Shown here piece after piece: positions 24,089-36,925 of a stretch of DNA of 64,000 bases. The position numbers and the translations under genes are program-made. Position 1 is the first letter of the stretch; each line of letters opens with the position of its first letter. The stretch lies in the NCBI GenBank assembly GCA_035084275.1, contig CM068744.1, forward strand, positions 75,020,001 through 75,084,000, given 5' to 3'. Under the pieces are notes generated by a model. The model saw only the letters and a program-made list of their open reading frames with translations. It was not told where the DNA came from and ran no database searches. Source of the stretch: Hydrolagus colliei (taxonomy: Eukaryota).

Positions 24089-24199
24089 CTCACAATCAGT
24101 TACATTGATGTCATGGCTACAAGCCAGGAGCGACAGAAACAATTGGAGAAGCAGTATTTCTTTACGTGTGACTGCCGTTGCTGCGAGACCCGACACAAG
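24089..24199 (+). CDS. SMYD3: SMYD3 coding exon (exon 8 equivalent): LTISYIDVMATSQERQKQLEKQYFFTCDCRCCETRHK
   Basis: ttttcccag acceptor, gttggt donor; 111 bp. Completes the ELTISY SET motif with the catalytic Tyr, followed by the post-SET YxFxCxCxxC zinc motif. Confidence 0.96.
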
Positions 24200-26744
24200 G
24201 TTGGTTATGTCTGTGTGGCTCTGTGGAGTCAGTTACTGCCAACACTCCTGACGCTTCCTTAGCCTTATTTAGAGTTTAGTGTTCATTTGATTGACTGAGA
24301 GTTCAGACTTTATTTTTGTTATGTTTCAACAACACTTGATCTGCTCTCAGACCTCTCCTGCTTCAATTTGCTCAAATCTAGATATAAGACCTTTTATTCA
24401 CAACTGGGCTATAAATGCCATTTTGCTCATTCCTTGGTTGAAAATTCTGGTTGAAACATATTCCTTAGTTGAAAATTCTGTATGTATTACACATGCTGTA
24501 GGATTTATAGTGAGATGGCTGTAGAGGACAGGACATTGCTGGACGCAATTGGCTGCCGCGTTTTGCCCACAAATATACAGTCAATTCACTTTACAATATA
24601 TTCTGTGAAACGCTTTGAAACGTCGATAAGATGTGAAAAGCGCTATTTGAAAGGATTATATTCAGTGGCGTGGCGGATTATAATAATAATCAATAATGAT
24701 GCAGCCTCTCCTCCCCCAACAGCAGCACCAAATCCCTCCCACCCCCCACCCAGCACTGCATTGCAGTCAGTTCAAAATCCCAATGCAAGGCTTGAATCCA
24801 TGCCATGTTGTATGTTCATGTGAAGGACCTGGGGTGAATCCAACTCCCTTACAGCTAGAAAAGTACATTGGTTGTTTCAGCCCAAGGTCTAAAAGGGTGT
24901 AAGGCCATATCATTGAACTGGCCACAATGCAGCCAAGCTTTCCATTAATCTGGCAATCTCATTTAGAGTGACCACAGGACATTGGAAGTGGGCACTGTGC
25001 CTAAAGTCATTGAAGAGTTTAAAAATTCACCGTGCCTATCCAGACCAAGGGTATCCAGGCCACACTGAGAGCTTGTTATTTACACATGGAAATAAATTCC
25101 TGAGTCGGGAATGGAATGCACAATCTTCTCCCCACAGGGGACACATTCTGCTTACCTAATTCTGGAAACTATTAGGTGCAGGTTGGCAAGAGCCAAGGCT
25201 TAGGGACTCCAGAATGTGCTTAGGAGTGGACCCTCAGTGGACCCTGCTAGAGTTTAACCAGTAGAGACCTGCATAGCCCGCTATTGAGAGCACTGTCTAG
25301 CAAGCGTTGTTACTGCTTCTCTAGCTAGGATCACCCTACCTATTAGGGCTTTGGCTTTGAGGATTGACAGAAACTGAGTGAGATGGGTCTCTGCCCCCAG
25401 TGACAATTTACATTTGGAGGTTTAGACTCGTGGTAATAAAGTTCAACGACAGGCATCACGTTTCATTACAGGGGTCACAGTTGTGGAATGTGATATCCTC
25501 ATGATGTCTAAAAATGTAGCCAAAACCTGGAACTAGTTACCTGTGGTGTAGGAGGGAGATCTCACCCTTGAGGCTAATGATGGCCATTGACTACGTTTTT
25601 ACTTGGTGATAATCTCGCCAGTGCTAATATCATGTTCTGCAATTTTGACCCCGAGGTGTGCGAGCAGCTGAGAGCTGGGGATGGTGTTGGCGGTAGCTGG
25701 ATGTTTAATGTGAGGTTTGACAGCAGTAATAGAAGACACAAGATAGTGTACAGATGCAAAACATGGGCCGACAGTGTAGAGAGGCAGACAGTTCACAGGT
25801 TGACAGTGTACATAGCCCACGAGAGTTTACAGAGATGCAAATGATGCAGGATGTGGGGTACAAGTGTGTAGCCAAATGAATAGTACATTAGATGGGGTAC
25901 AAAATGCACATTTTGACACCATACACATTGATATAGTGCCTTTCACATCAGGAGGATGTCTCAAAGCACTTTTTAAAAAAAAAAATGACAGTTTTAGGAA
26001 TAAAACTAAAATGACTACCATTCTCAGTGGGGTGTTTCACATCATGTTGATTAAATCATCATTGACATGTTGGTCAATGCTTGTACTTTTCTCTTGTGAG
26101 TAATGAGTCAGAGCTACGCTGTGACTGAGAGACAAGTCGGGAACTCCTGTATTTGCTGAGTACAGCAGCCTTTCACAGCTCACTGCACCCCATAATATAG
26201 TGCCGAGTGATTAATTATTCACTGCTTGTCATAACTGGGCTATAAATTTTGTTCAGGTAGCTTCCCACCTGCTATATTTCACTGCAGAGTGTTGAGGATG
26301 GTCATTTCACTACAGGGATAGAAGAAAGCTTTCCACATCCTCCAGGTTTAGTGGTGGCCTTTCTCTTGCTGTACAGGCACTGGATTAAGTCATCATCCTT
26401 ATTACACTCTCTTGCCTTTTCTCACTGGAGAGAAGAGGGAGTTGTACTGAATATATGCTTTGCCAAAGTCGTATCTATAGCTGGATGAGCTGCAAGTGAA
26501 AGGACAGAAACCCAAGACAAAGGGATGTAAGCCATATTATGAGTACCATTGATTGTGTTGTCAGTGGGTTTTGGGTTCAAGTCTCATATCAATAAATCAC
26601 AATCCATTGCTGGCATTCCAGTGTTGTGCACCTGTGCCAGTTAACAATCCTACAGCACTATTCGAAAAGAGAAGGGAGTTTCTCTTTCTGGATTTTCTTG
26701 ATTATAATTTTGTTGATGGTGTACAAAGTCTAAGCAAGTTCTAC

Positions 26745-27865
26745 AACAACAATAGCAACAATGACAAAATTTCACTTGTATAGCACCTTTCACGTCAGAA
26801 GGATGTCCCAAGGTGCTAGTCAGTCACTTTTTCAGACCCGAACTAGGTATTGGGAGGGTGGAGGGAAAGGTGGGGATTTGTGGTGACTGACGGGACCGTC
26901 GAAGAGGAGGATCTTGAGGTGGGAATTGAAGGAGGCCAGGGATGGGCCGAGGTGGAGGGACTGCTGGATGGAGTTCCAGAGGTTGGGGGCAGAGTGGCTG
27001 AAGGCTCGCCTGCCAATTGTGGGGCAGGTGGGTCGTGGTATGTGATGTAGGCCGGAGCCTGCTGTGCGGAGTGGGTGAGCAGTTTAGTAGGGGGTTAGGA
27101 GGTTGCAAATGGAGGACTGTGGAGGGCTTTGAATGTGAGGATGAGGATCTTGAATTGGATCCTCTGGGAAATGGAGTCGGGTGACGATGTAGTAGATGGG
27201 GTCTCGACGCTTGGAGCGGTAGAGGACACAGGCCACAGAGTTCTGGATTATCTGCAACCTGTGGAGGGAGGAATTGGGAAGGCTGACAAGCAGGATGTTG
27301 CTTAGTCGAGCCGGGATATGATGAAGGCATGAATGAGGGTTTCAGCAGCCTGGGGATCGAGGTAATGGCAGAATCAGGCAATATTGCAGAGGTGAGGGAA
27401 GGCAGAGCATTTCATTGCTTGGATGTGAGGGACAGTTGAGGGTTGAACAAGACACCTAGGTTCCTGACTGGCTTGGTGAGGTTGAGTGTGCAACCATGGA
27501 GGTTGATGCTGCCAGTGCCTGATGCGTGAAGGAGGGCCTTGGTCTTGTTGACATTCAACTGTACAAAGTTAGCTTTCATCCAGGACTTGATGTCTGACAG
27601 GCAGTCTGTCAGGACAGTAGTACTCCTAGAGTCAAGGGTAAAGGCAGATAGATAGTTGGGTGTCATCTGCATACATGTGGAAGTTGACCCCATGTCTGCG
27701 GATGATGTCACCAAGGGGGAGCATGTAGATGTTAAAAAGTAGGGGGACGATGTTAAAAAGTAGGAGGACAATGTTAAAAAGTAGGAGGATAGAGCCCTGG
27801 GTGACACTGCGGGTGCTGGAAGAGAAGCCGTTGGTGGCGGCAAAGTGGAGACAGTGAAAAGAGTA
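26745..27865 (-). mobile_element. L2 LINE 3' portion
   Basis: [34 protein letters not shown] (RT YADD motif), CLSDIKSWMKANF, tail. Confidence 0.92.
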
Positions 27866-29237
27866 GGAGCTACTGATCAAATAGCAATTTATTTAGTCTT
27901 GTTTGTAGGATCAAAAATGTATATTCAGTAGTAAACCCCTAACAACTTGTTACTCCAAGGGGAAAGGGATCAGTGATCCAATTGTCCCTTTGCCTTGCTC
28001 TCTCCCTATGTCTCCTTCAAGACACATCTCAAGACTCTCCTCTTCAACCACTCCTTCGGCCACCCTCCAACCCCTACCCCCCCTGCCCTCCACCCCCTCC
28101 TGATCCCAACCCCAGCTCTGGTCCAAACCCCTGACTGTCCAGCCTCTTGGGATGTCCTCCTGATGTGAAAGGGGCTACACAAATGTGATTTGTCATTGTT
28201 AAAACATATATGTAAAATAAATGTAAATTGCCATTTCTGTTTTAAATTTATTGTAGGTTGAAAACCAGCTTCTTTTCATTTTCTGATGTTTCTGCTCCTG
28301 ACTAACAAGATGTGCTGGCTCTGTGTTTCAATTCTTTCTTTCCATATTGAGTCCAACCATCGCCTGGCAGCGAGCCCAGGCTGGCTACAATTGGTTCGCA
28401 TGCGATTAGTGACAATGAAGCAATAATTGGTGAAAAGCTGATTTGCTGTGAAATTAAATCCTAATTCTCATGGTTTTGTGGTAGTTTTGTAAAAATTAGC
28501 TCTTTAAAATAATACACAATTGTCAGTGGTTATAATTTTCTAGAAATAAATATTCAATTAATATTTAACGAAGCATATTTACTTATTTGTTTATCTGTTT
28601 GCCAATGCACATCTGCACGTGGGAACCTTGCCAGCGAGTGTGTACTTGATATATAGGGATAATATTTTATGTATGGGGAAACTGTTCCTGTCCAGATATG
28701 CGCAGCATAATTTTTCTGGCTAACCCACAAGATCAGCTGAGCACCAACTGTGGGCGGCATTGACTGAGAACAGCTAACTGGTACAGTCTGTGAATTGACC
28801 CTGTGTGTTTTCCTGCTACACTTTAGCCAGACTATTGAGGCACACCTATAATGCGCATTGAACATATTATTTCCAAGTAATTGTTTTCAAACATAATTGT
28901 TTATTGTACTTATAGTACTGTAGTCGGAACAAATGTGGTATATGCAGTGATAATTATTAACAGTGTGAGGATCACTGCGTTAACTCAACTTTAAAATTTG
29001 GGTTAAATCAGTAATTCCTGAATTAACAATGATTTAAAGTGCAGCCCCATTATAATGCAGTTGTTTGATCCATAAAATCCCAATTCACACTGTGATAGCT
29101 GTTTTCACTGTAGCTGTGAGCGATGGGCTGGTTTCTCAGACCCTGTACTCTGGCCAGTTTCCTGATCGGAAAAAAGATAATGTTTGAGGACTGCGCAAAG
29201 CACAAAGTGATATTATTGGTGATGTGGTAATAATATT

Positions 29238-29596
29238 ATAATAATCCTTGCATTTGATATAGCACCTTATCACGCCTTTGAGACATCTCAAAGCACATCA
29301 CAGAATATACTATAAAGTGAATTGACTATGTATTTTATGGGCAAAACGCAGCAGCCAATTGCACACAGCAGTGTCCCACAAATAGTCGTGGATTGAAATG
29401 ATCCAATTATTATTATTTTTATTTTGAAGGAATTATTACCCCTGCAAAAGCGATCTGCCAATCGAGTAGCAACCAGGTTCCCACTTACTGCTAGGTAAAG
29501 GGCATATGGAGAAAGGAAACTTGCCCAACATTTTGCCAAACCCAGGTCCTCTCGCTTGTAAGGCAAGTGCTCTAACCACTGAGCTCCAGGACTCCA
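29238..29596 (-). mobile_element. tRNA-derived SINE (long variant)
   Basis: Full head-to-tail copy on the minus strand. Confidence 0.88.
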
Positions 29597-30639
29597 CTGA
29601 TGACAGGAATGCAGCCATTTTTTTTAATGCGGGATGCTAAAATGGCCGACTTCTAAGGGTTGAGATATACGTAGGTTTCAGGATCAAACGCTGATGCCGA
29701 CTAGCTCACTGTTCAAGTCTAACATCCGGGGATCTGAAATCAACTACATATGTCAAGGAAGAGAGACCAATGTTAGTCAATGTTAGCATCAAGCAGTCCC
29801 AGGTTAGATACCAAATAGCATAATTTAATTGTAGAGTGAAGTTGCTTCTATTTTTTGAGAACAATGATTCTAGAGGAGCAACAACAACAACAATATTACA
29901 CTTGTGTAGAGCCTTTCACATGAGGAGGATGTCCCTCACACACACAAAACACACACTCTCTCCGAGAGATCAGACTGTGAATGTAATGCCATATTCAGAC
30001 TGATATTGTGTTGGGAGCACAAGCCCACGTGGAACTTGGCTCAGATTGGCCCAACTCATAAATTATCTCAGTTGGTCTTTCTGTGTGACCTCTCTTCACG
30101 CATCAGTGCTGTACAATTTTTACACATCAATGAAGCAGAGCCCATCTCAGTGTCTGTGAGGTCAGCAAAAAGGCCAATCAAAAGCTGGAGAGACATACAG
30201 AACTTCAAAGTTTTTGTGATTTAAACAAGATTTCAAGATCTTAATTTCACTGAGGTAATCAGATCTTCAATCTTGTACAATAGTTTTTGATATGAAGTAT
30301 CAAATGAGTTTATTGCCTTGTGCCATGATCACTCTCATCAGTTCTCTATTCTGAATGTAATCCACTAAATAATACATAACAAATTACAATGCGTTGGAGG
30401 GTTTTCAAAAGATCAATGTGTTAGCATTCAGATAATATCATGTTCTAAGTGTTATTTGATTATTCTAAGATTATCGTGTTTTTGGTTATAATCGTTCAGT
30501 CTGACCTGCTTTTTTAATGTGTCCGTGTATTTAGATCCATTGGGGGTGATCATTGGATCATATAGCACTTTAAAGTGCAAAAAAGGAGGCCATTTGACAC
30601 ATCGTGCCTTGCATCAGCTCTTTGTGAGAAATACAAAAA

Positions 30640-30905
30640 TGATACTTTTGGATTGATCAAGAAAGCAGAACAAGAGGGTACAGGTTTAAGATTGGAAGCA
30701 CAATTTGGGGACAGGAAGTATTTCTTTATCCAGAGGTTAATTGACGCCTAGAACATATTACCACAAATAGTGTTTGAATCCAGGAAGCTGGAGTCATTTA
30801 GGAAAAAGCTTGATACTTTGATGCGTAGGATTGGTGTTCTGGAAGGATTAAATCAAATGTACTGAAAGGCCTTCTTCATTTGAACCTCTCCTGTGACTTT
30901 GTTTG
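30640..30905 (+). mobile_element. Old CR1 3' end
   Basis: agaacaagagggtacaggtttaag...tttctttatccagagg and a CR1-type 3' stem-loop remnant. Confidence 0.6.
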
Positions 30906-31040
30906 ATCCTATTCCTGCCTTTTTTCTCTACCATTAGATATTTTTTCCTGTCTAATTGTTGTCTAATTCTCTACGCTCCAAGATGCTATCCTGTTTGGAG
31001 GGTGGTACATAAATGTAAATTGTTGTTTTAAATGTTTATT

Positions 31041-31357
31041 ATAATAATAATCCTTGCATTTGATATAGTGCTTTTCACGTCTTATCGACGTCTCAAAGCG
31101 CTTCATAGAATATACTGTACTATCAAAGGAATTGACTGTATATTTGTGGGCGAAACGCGGCAGCCAATTGCGCACAGCAGTGTCCCACAGACAGTCGTAA
31201 ATTGAAATGACCAATTTTTATTATTGTGTGTTTATTTTAGAGGAATTATTATTAGGCGTGTGGAGTAAGGAAACGTGCCCAAGGTTTCGCCCTGATCTGT
31301 CTGGATTCGAACACAGGTCTCACACTTGTAAGGCGAGTGCTCTAACCATTGAGCTAC
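31041..31357 (-). mobile_element. Young tRNA-derived SINE (short variant)
   Basis: CpG-rich copy, close to the other young copies. Confidence 0.92.
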
Positions 31358-31743
31358 TGTTTGTTATGGATTCTACTTCAACCATGTTTTGGTGGAGCAT
31401 TCTATATCCTAATAAACCTCTGCGGAAAAATACATTCACTTTTGTGATTTTGGTGGTTTGAGGTTGATCTCAAATTTTGCCCAATAGTTACTGATTCATT
31501 CATCAGTGCAAATATTTCTGTCATCAAAAGCCTTCATATTTCTGAAAATAAAAGTAGCACTGATGTCTCCTTGTGACAAAATCCCTCCCACCAATTTAGT
31601 CCTAACATCCTCACAAAACTTATTTATACCCTCTGTGTGTGCTTGATATCTTTCCTAAAGCTGGGCTCTCAGAACTGATTAGCATGCTTCTGAATTCAAA
31701 GCCCTTCCATTCAAGCCCTTCATTGAGATATTAGCTCATAGTT

Positions 31744-31990
31744 CAGGGGTCTTCAACCGGTCGATCGTGCTATGTGGCGCCTTTGAGCATGATCAAAAAG
31801 GCAAGAGGAAGGAGCGATAGAACTGTATAAATATTTAGACCAATTGAAAATGAATCCAGATGCACAAAGTATTTCATGCACCTGGAAACAAATCTAGATA
31901 TTTTTGTTTAAACTGAGGTAAAAATTGCTCTTTCTTCCTATTTTTATTGAGCAGGTGTGAGATGCCACTGAGCGGCGATCGACCTCTGGT
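31744..31990. mobile_element. Probable hAT-Charlie remnant
   Basis: Starts CAGGGGTCTTCAACCGGTCGATCG; internal GCGATCGACC; no partner TIR or TSD seen. Confidence 0.4.
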
Positions 31991-32566
31991 CTGGCTAATG
32001 TAATGATGGGGGAGATGTCATTCTTTGGATGACTCCTTAAACTGAGGTCCTGTCTGCCTGAATGTTAAAGACCCAGTGGCACTATTCAAAAAGAGTTTAG
32101 AGTTTCACCTGCATCCTGGCCAACAAACGTCTAGATTAAAAATTGGCCATTCACTCATTCTGTAAGAGGGATACTGATGCTTGGGAAATAGATGTCGAAT
32201 TTGCCTACAACTATTTAGTAACTCCACAGAAAATACATTTATGCAGCGCCTTTCATGTTGTTGCCACAAGGCTCTCAACACTGCTGGCTAGTACCTGAGC
32301 TGGGGGGGAAAGCTGAAGGGGTGGAGAGAGAAAAGATTTCTGAAAGTAAAGTTAAAGAGGGTATGTTTGGAGACGGGCTTTGAATGAAGGGAGGGAAGGG
32401 ATTATACTCAGTTGGACAAGACCCTCAAATGAGTCTGGGATGGAGTTGTAGAGAATGAGGGCAGAATGGCTGAAAGCCCTTTCTCCGATGGTGGGGCCAA
32501 TATGACGAGAACATAAAGCAAGCAGAGCAAAGCCTGCAAAGTGTTTACTGCGTGGAAAGCGTGAAC

Positions 32567-32845
32567 GCGCTTTTCACATCTTATTGATGTCTTAAAGCAC
32601 TTCACAGAATATACTGTAAAGTGAATTGACGTTTCGTCCACCAATATACAGTCAATTGCGCATAGCAGTGTCCCACAAACAGTCCTGGATTGAAATGACC
32701 AATTTTTTTATTATTGTGTTTTTTTGGAGGGATTATTATTATTATTAGGCATGTGGAGTAAGGAAACTTGCCCAAGGTTTCGCCCTGATCTGCCTGGATT
32801 CGAACACAGGTCTCATGCTTGTAAGGCTAACCACTGAGCTACAGG
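32567..32845 (-). mobile_element. Young tRNA-derived SINE (short variant)
   Basis: Shared head and body, with an internal rearrangement near 32630-32660. Confidence 0.88.
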
Positions 32846-34662
32846 TAGCTAATGTTCCACAAGCAGTAATGATGGGAATGACCAGGTTTATCTCGGGAAT
32901 TAGTGGCCACAACACTGAAAGAAACTCCCTTCTCTTCTCAAATTAGTGTGATGGGATCTTTTACATCCACTGAACAGGCAGACAGAGCACATTGACAGCA
33001 CTGTTTGGCAAGTTTCTCGCTCCTTGTCCAGAATAAGAGATGTTGAGCACTAAATGGAAACTTGCTTTAAATATTCATCTACTTGGGGACTTGTAAAATA
33101 TTCTTTTTTTTATAGATGAAACTGTTCTCGTCGAATCAGTCCTTTGGGACGTTGGTTTGCTTTTCTTTCTACAAAATGATTCTGTGGTTACTGCTGTCCC
33201 ACCAAAGTGGACACCATGGTATCTGAACTGGGTTGGCTGTAGTGTTCTTTTTTATTGATGGATATGAGCAGCAAGTGGCATCATTAAATCTCCAATCTCT
33301 GCCCATTCATGTCGGTGCCCTTCGGGTAATGAAGAGATCACATCATGTAATCTATTATAATAATAATACTTGCATTTGATATCTATCAACTTGCAATTAT
33401 ATAGCACCTTTCACATAAGATAATATTTCAAAACGCTTTGCAGTGGCGAAGCCTTGTGCCTTGCGAGTTAAAGGAGAAAGGCCCATTGGCCGATAGGTGT
33501 TGTTGCTCACCCAATATACACTTTCTCACAGGGATTACGAGATGAAGATCAGGAGTGGGGAAGGACCCTCTCTGATTTTGCTTTCCCTAATTCAGGACAT
33601 TGAGACCTATTGTAGAATCATAGAAATTTGCAGCGCAGAAGAAGGGCATTTGACTGTGTTAGTTCTTTTAATAGCAATGACAACAAGCACTCTTTATGTG
33701 TGGTAGCTTCTCAGAGCTCTGGATCCTTTCAGTCCCATTTACCTGCCCTTTACCCGTGTCCCCGTAGTTTATTCCTTTTTAGATATTTATCCCATTCCCT
33801 TTTGAAAGCTAATCTTGTGCTTGACCGAATTGTTTTTACGGAATAGAAGTGAGCGTTGCTAATTGAGGTCGTGAATTGACTTCCAAGAATTTGCCCCTCG
33901 CAAGACCCACATTTTTGGCACAAGCACAAAAGAAATGTCAGTGTATTTAAGAAAGTTAGATTATTGGTCATGCAGGATGTGGGAAGCTAGCAATGTGGAA
34001 CTTTAGTGCTGCCAGACTGGCTCAGACTGAGGCAGGGTGAGATCATGAGGACTTGAAGCAGAGAAATTATAGAATACGTGTCTAAAAGGGAGCTGGGGGG
34101 CAGGAGAGGATTTACATTGTGATTTGAGAAGAACGATAAAACTGAGAACTCATTTTAACCCATCATATACAATGTGACATGTACTTTTGTGAGGACATTA
34201 ACTCCACAACCTATCCAACATTTGCGCGTGAAAGCTTATTCCATCTGCAAAGAGTTAAGTCTCCTGGAATTCTGTTATCCAAGCGAATTTCTCATGAAAA
34301 GGTTAAAACATCGTGGCATGTTTATTAACTGTTGGGGGCTGTCCATGGTTTATCCTTCAGGCGAGGGGTGTAATGTGACGGATGAGCTGTGAAAGGCCTG
34401 CTCGATGGGGCAGTTTATGAGGAGCACTCACAGATGTGTCTGTTCAGACACCTCTTCTAACACTGCCCTCACAGAGAACTCAAATAGAAAGAGTGTAGTG
34501 ATGTTTGGTGTTGGTTAAAGAGCAATAGTACAGGCCAAAGGCTTTAGGGTAGGTTGTTTTCATATTTTATGCTTGAACTTCAAGGTTAACCTGAGATGAA
34601 TTAGATGCCTCTCAGTAATGTATCCTTTTGATATATATTAGTCCCTTGGTCTCTTTGAGCAG

Positions 34663-35372
34663 TGTCAGGCTGGCTGATAGCACTCTCACCACTGAGTTTG
34701 AAACTTATGGGTTCAAGCCTCATATCAGAACTTGGAACTCATATAGACTCAGCTGACACTGATCAGAAATGCCATCCTTCACATCGAGGTCCTGTCTGTG
34801 GAGTCCTGTAGCTCAGTGGTTAGAGCACTAGCCTTACAAGTGTGAGACCTGTGTTCAAATCCAGGCAGATCAGGGCAAAACCTTGGGCAAGTTTCCTTTC
34901 TCCACATGCCTAATAATAATCCATCCAAAAAAAACCACAATAATAAAAATTGGTAATTTGAATCCACAATTGATTGTGGGACGCTGCTGTGCGCAATTGG
35001 CTGCCGCGTTTCGCCCACAAATATACAGTTAATTCACTTTACAGTATATTCTGTGAAGCGCTTTGAGACGTCGAGAAGGTATGGAATGCACTATATCAAA
35101 TGCAAGGATTATTATTACTATTAGATGGATGTGAAATATCCTTAGGCGCTATTTAAAAAGAAAAGAGAGTTGCTCCCAGTGTGCTGGTCCAACAATGAAT
35201 CCAAGAAGAATTGGTCCTTAACTTCATGATTGTTTGTGGGACATTGCTGTACACAGATTAGCTGCCATGTTAACCCATAAAAGAGTCACTACACTTCTCA
35301 GTGAATCCTCTAAAGAGCTTTAAGGTGTCCCAAGATGAAAGGTGCAATAACAAACGCAATAATTATTATTAT
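34663..35372 (+). mobile_element. Old Deu-type SINE with a young SINE (34799-35121) nested inside
   Basis: Old head gtcaggctggctgatagcactctcacc..gggttcaagcc; old body resumes at 35122 (tagatggatgtgaaatatcc...tgtttgtgggacattgctgt). Confidence 0.8.
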
Positions 35373-35888
35373 TCAGTGCCCATTCCCGAGGTGCTCGGTC
35401 ACCTCTAGTACATCTCAGTGGTTTTTAGCAGAGCTGTTATCAAGCATTGTAAATTAACAAACAGACTATGCTTACCTTTTGTCAATTCCAAAAAACGGAC
35501 AGGGAATGTCAAGGTAGCAAACAGGAATTGTATAAAGCACATCAAGGTATATAATTCTCAAAGCTCAGGTGCCAATCAAAGTTCTGCACTACCTTTGCAA
35601 GCTAGCACATTTGGAAAGGGCAATGGTTTGGACAATGAAGAGATATCCATCAGAAAATTTAACAGAATAAAGATGAAAAATGCATTCCCATTGATCTATT
35701 GATCTATTTAGTCTCCAATTTAGATTTTAGAAATGTTCTTGGAAAACCTGCACAGTCCTGCAGATGGCGATTTCCAAACCTCAAGACAGGTGTCAGTGGC
35801 ATCTAATACCACTGTGGCCCTAGATGGATGTGAAATATCCTTTGGCGCTATTTAAAAAGAAAAGAGAGTTGCTCCCGGTGTGCTGGTC

Positions 35889-36493
35889 GCCCGTCTCCGC
35901 CAATATCTCACCCCAAAAGCTACTCAAACCCTGGTCCATGCCTTTGTCACCTCTCAGCTGTTGTATTCAAATACCTTCCTCGCCGGTCTCCCCTCCGCTA
36001 CCATTCATAAAATCCAGGTCATCCAGAATTCTGCCGCCTACATTCTTACCTGTACCAAACTCTGCTCCCAGATTACTCCAGTCCTTGCCAGACAGCACTG
36101 TGTCCCTGTCCCGGAGAGGATTGATTTCAAGATCCTTGTTTTCAAATCCCTCTGCACCCTCTACCTCTCTGACTTCCTCTCTCCTCACAACAGTACCTGT
36201 TTCCTTTGCTGCACTGGGTCTGGCCTCCTCCTTGTCCCCCAAATCCTCCTTTCCATCATCGGCAGCTGTGTCTTCAGCCACTACGTCCGAGGCTCTGGAA
36301 CTCTTTTCCTCAATCCGTTTGCTTCGCCCCCTCTCTTCCTACTTTCAGGTCTCAGCTAAAGACCTTTCTTTTTGACCGCACTTTCGGTCACCTTCTTCCC
36401 CCTCCCCCTGGCTCGGTCCCGAGATCCGTTATTGGGAAGCTCTCTGAGACGCTGTCCAGTGTGGAGGGCGCTATATAAATCCAAGTTGTTGTT
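35889..36493 (+). mobile_element. L2 3' fragment (second tail family)
   Basis: ARLRQYLTPKATQTLVHAFVTSQL..IQNSAAYIL..ERIDFKIL; tail ends ccaagttgttgttg. Confidence 0.9.
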
Positions 36494-36580
36494 GATCAGT
36501 TCACCACACCCTCCACAGATTTAACTGGAGTCTGATCTTTCTGGAAAAACTCATATTGCAGTAATTGCAGTAATTCAAAG

Positions 36581-36925
36581 TGGAGTCCTATAGCTCAAGG
36601 ATTAGGGTACTCGCCTCGCAAGCAAGAGACCTGAGTTTGATTCCTGGGCAGGGCAAAATGCTGTGCAAGTTTCCTTACTCCACACGCCTCTGTTTACCAG
36701 CGGTACGTAGGAACTGGGTTATTAGTCGATTGTCAGACTGCTTTTCCGGAGATAATAATTCCTTCAAATAAATATTGATCACTCAATTCATGAGTGTTTG
36801 TGGGACACTGCTGTGCGTTTTGCCCACAAAATATAGTCAATTCACTTGACAGTATATTCTGGGATGCACTCTGTAACATCTCAAAGTGAAAAAGCATTAC
36901 ATCAAGTGCAAGGATTATTATTATT
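36581..36925 (+). mobile_element. tRNA-derived SINE (long variant)
   Basis: tggagtcctatagctc head, central gcctctgtttaccagcggt segment, tail. Confidence 0.85.

Noticed and set aside
25380-25850. Coding-like stretch (FLLGDNLASANIMFC...) as a possible transposase or viral relic
   Set aside because: Motif similarity is too weak and the frames are broken; needs tblastx or an HMM search.
34799-34875. tRNA-like sequence with A and B boxes (also at 20000, 61949 and others)
   Set aside because: SINE heads joined to SINE bodies, without a proper acceptor stem; not tRNA genes.
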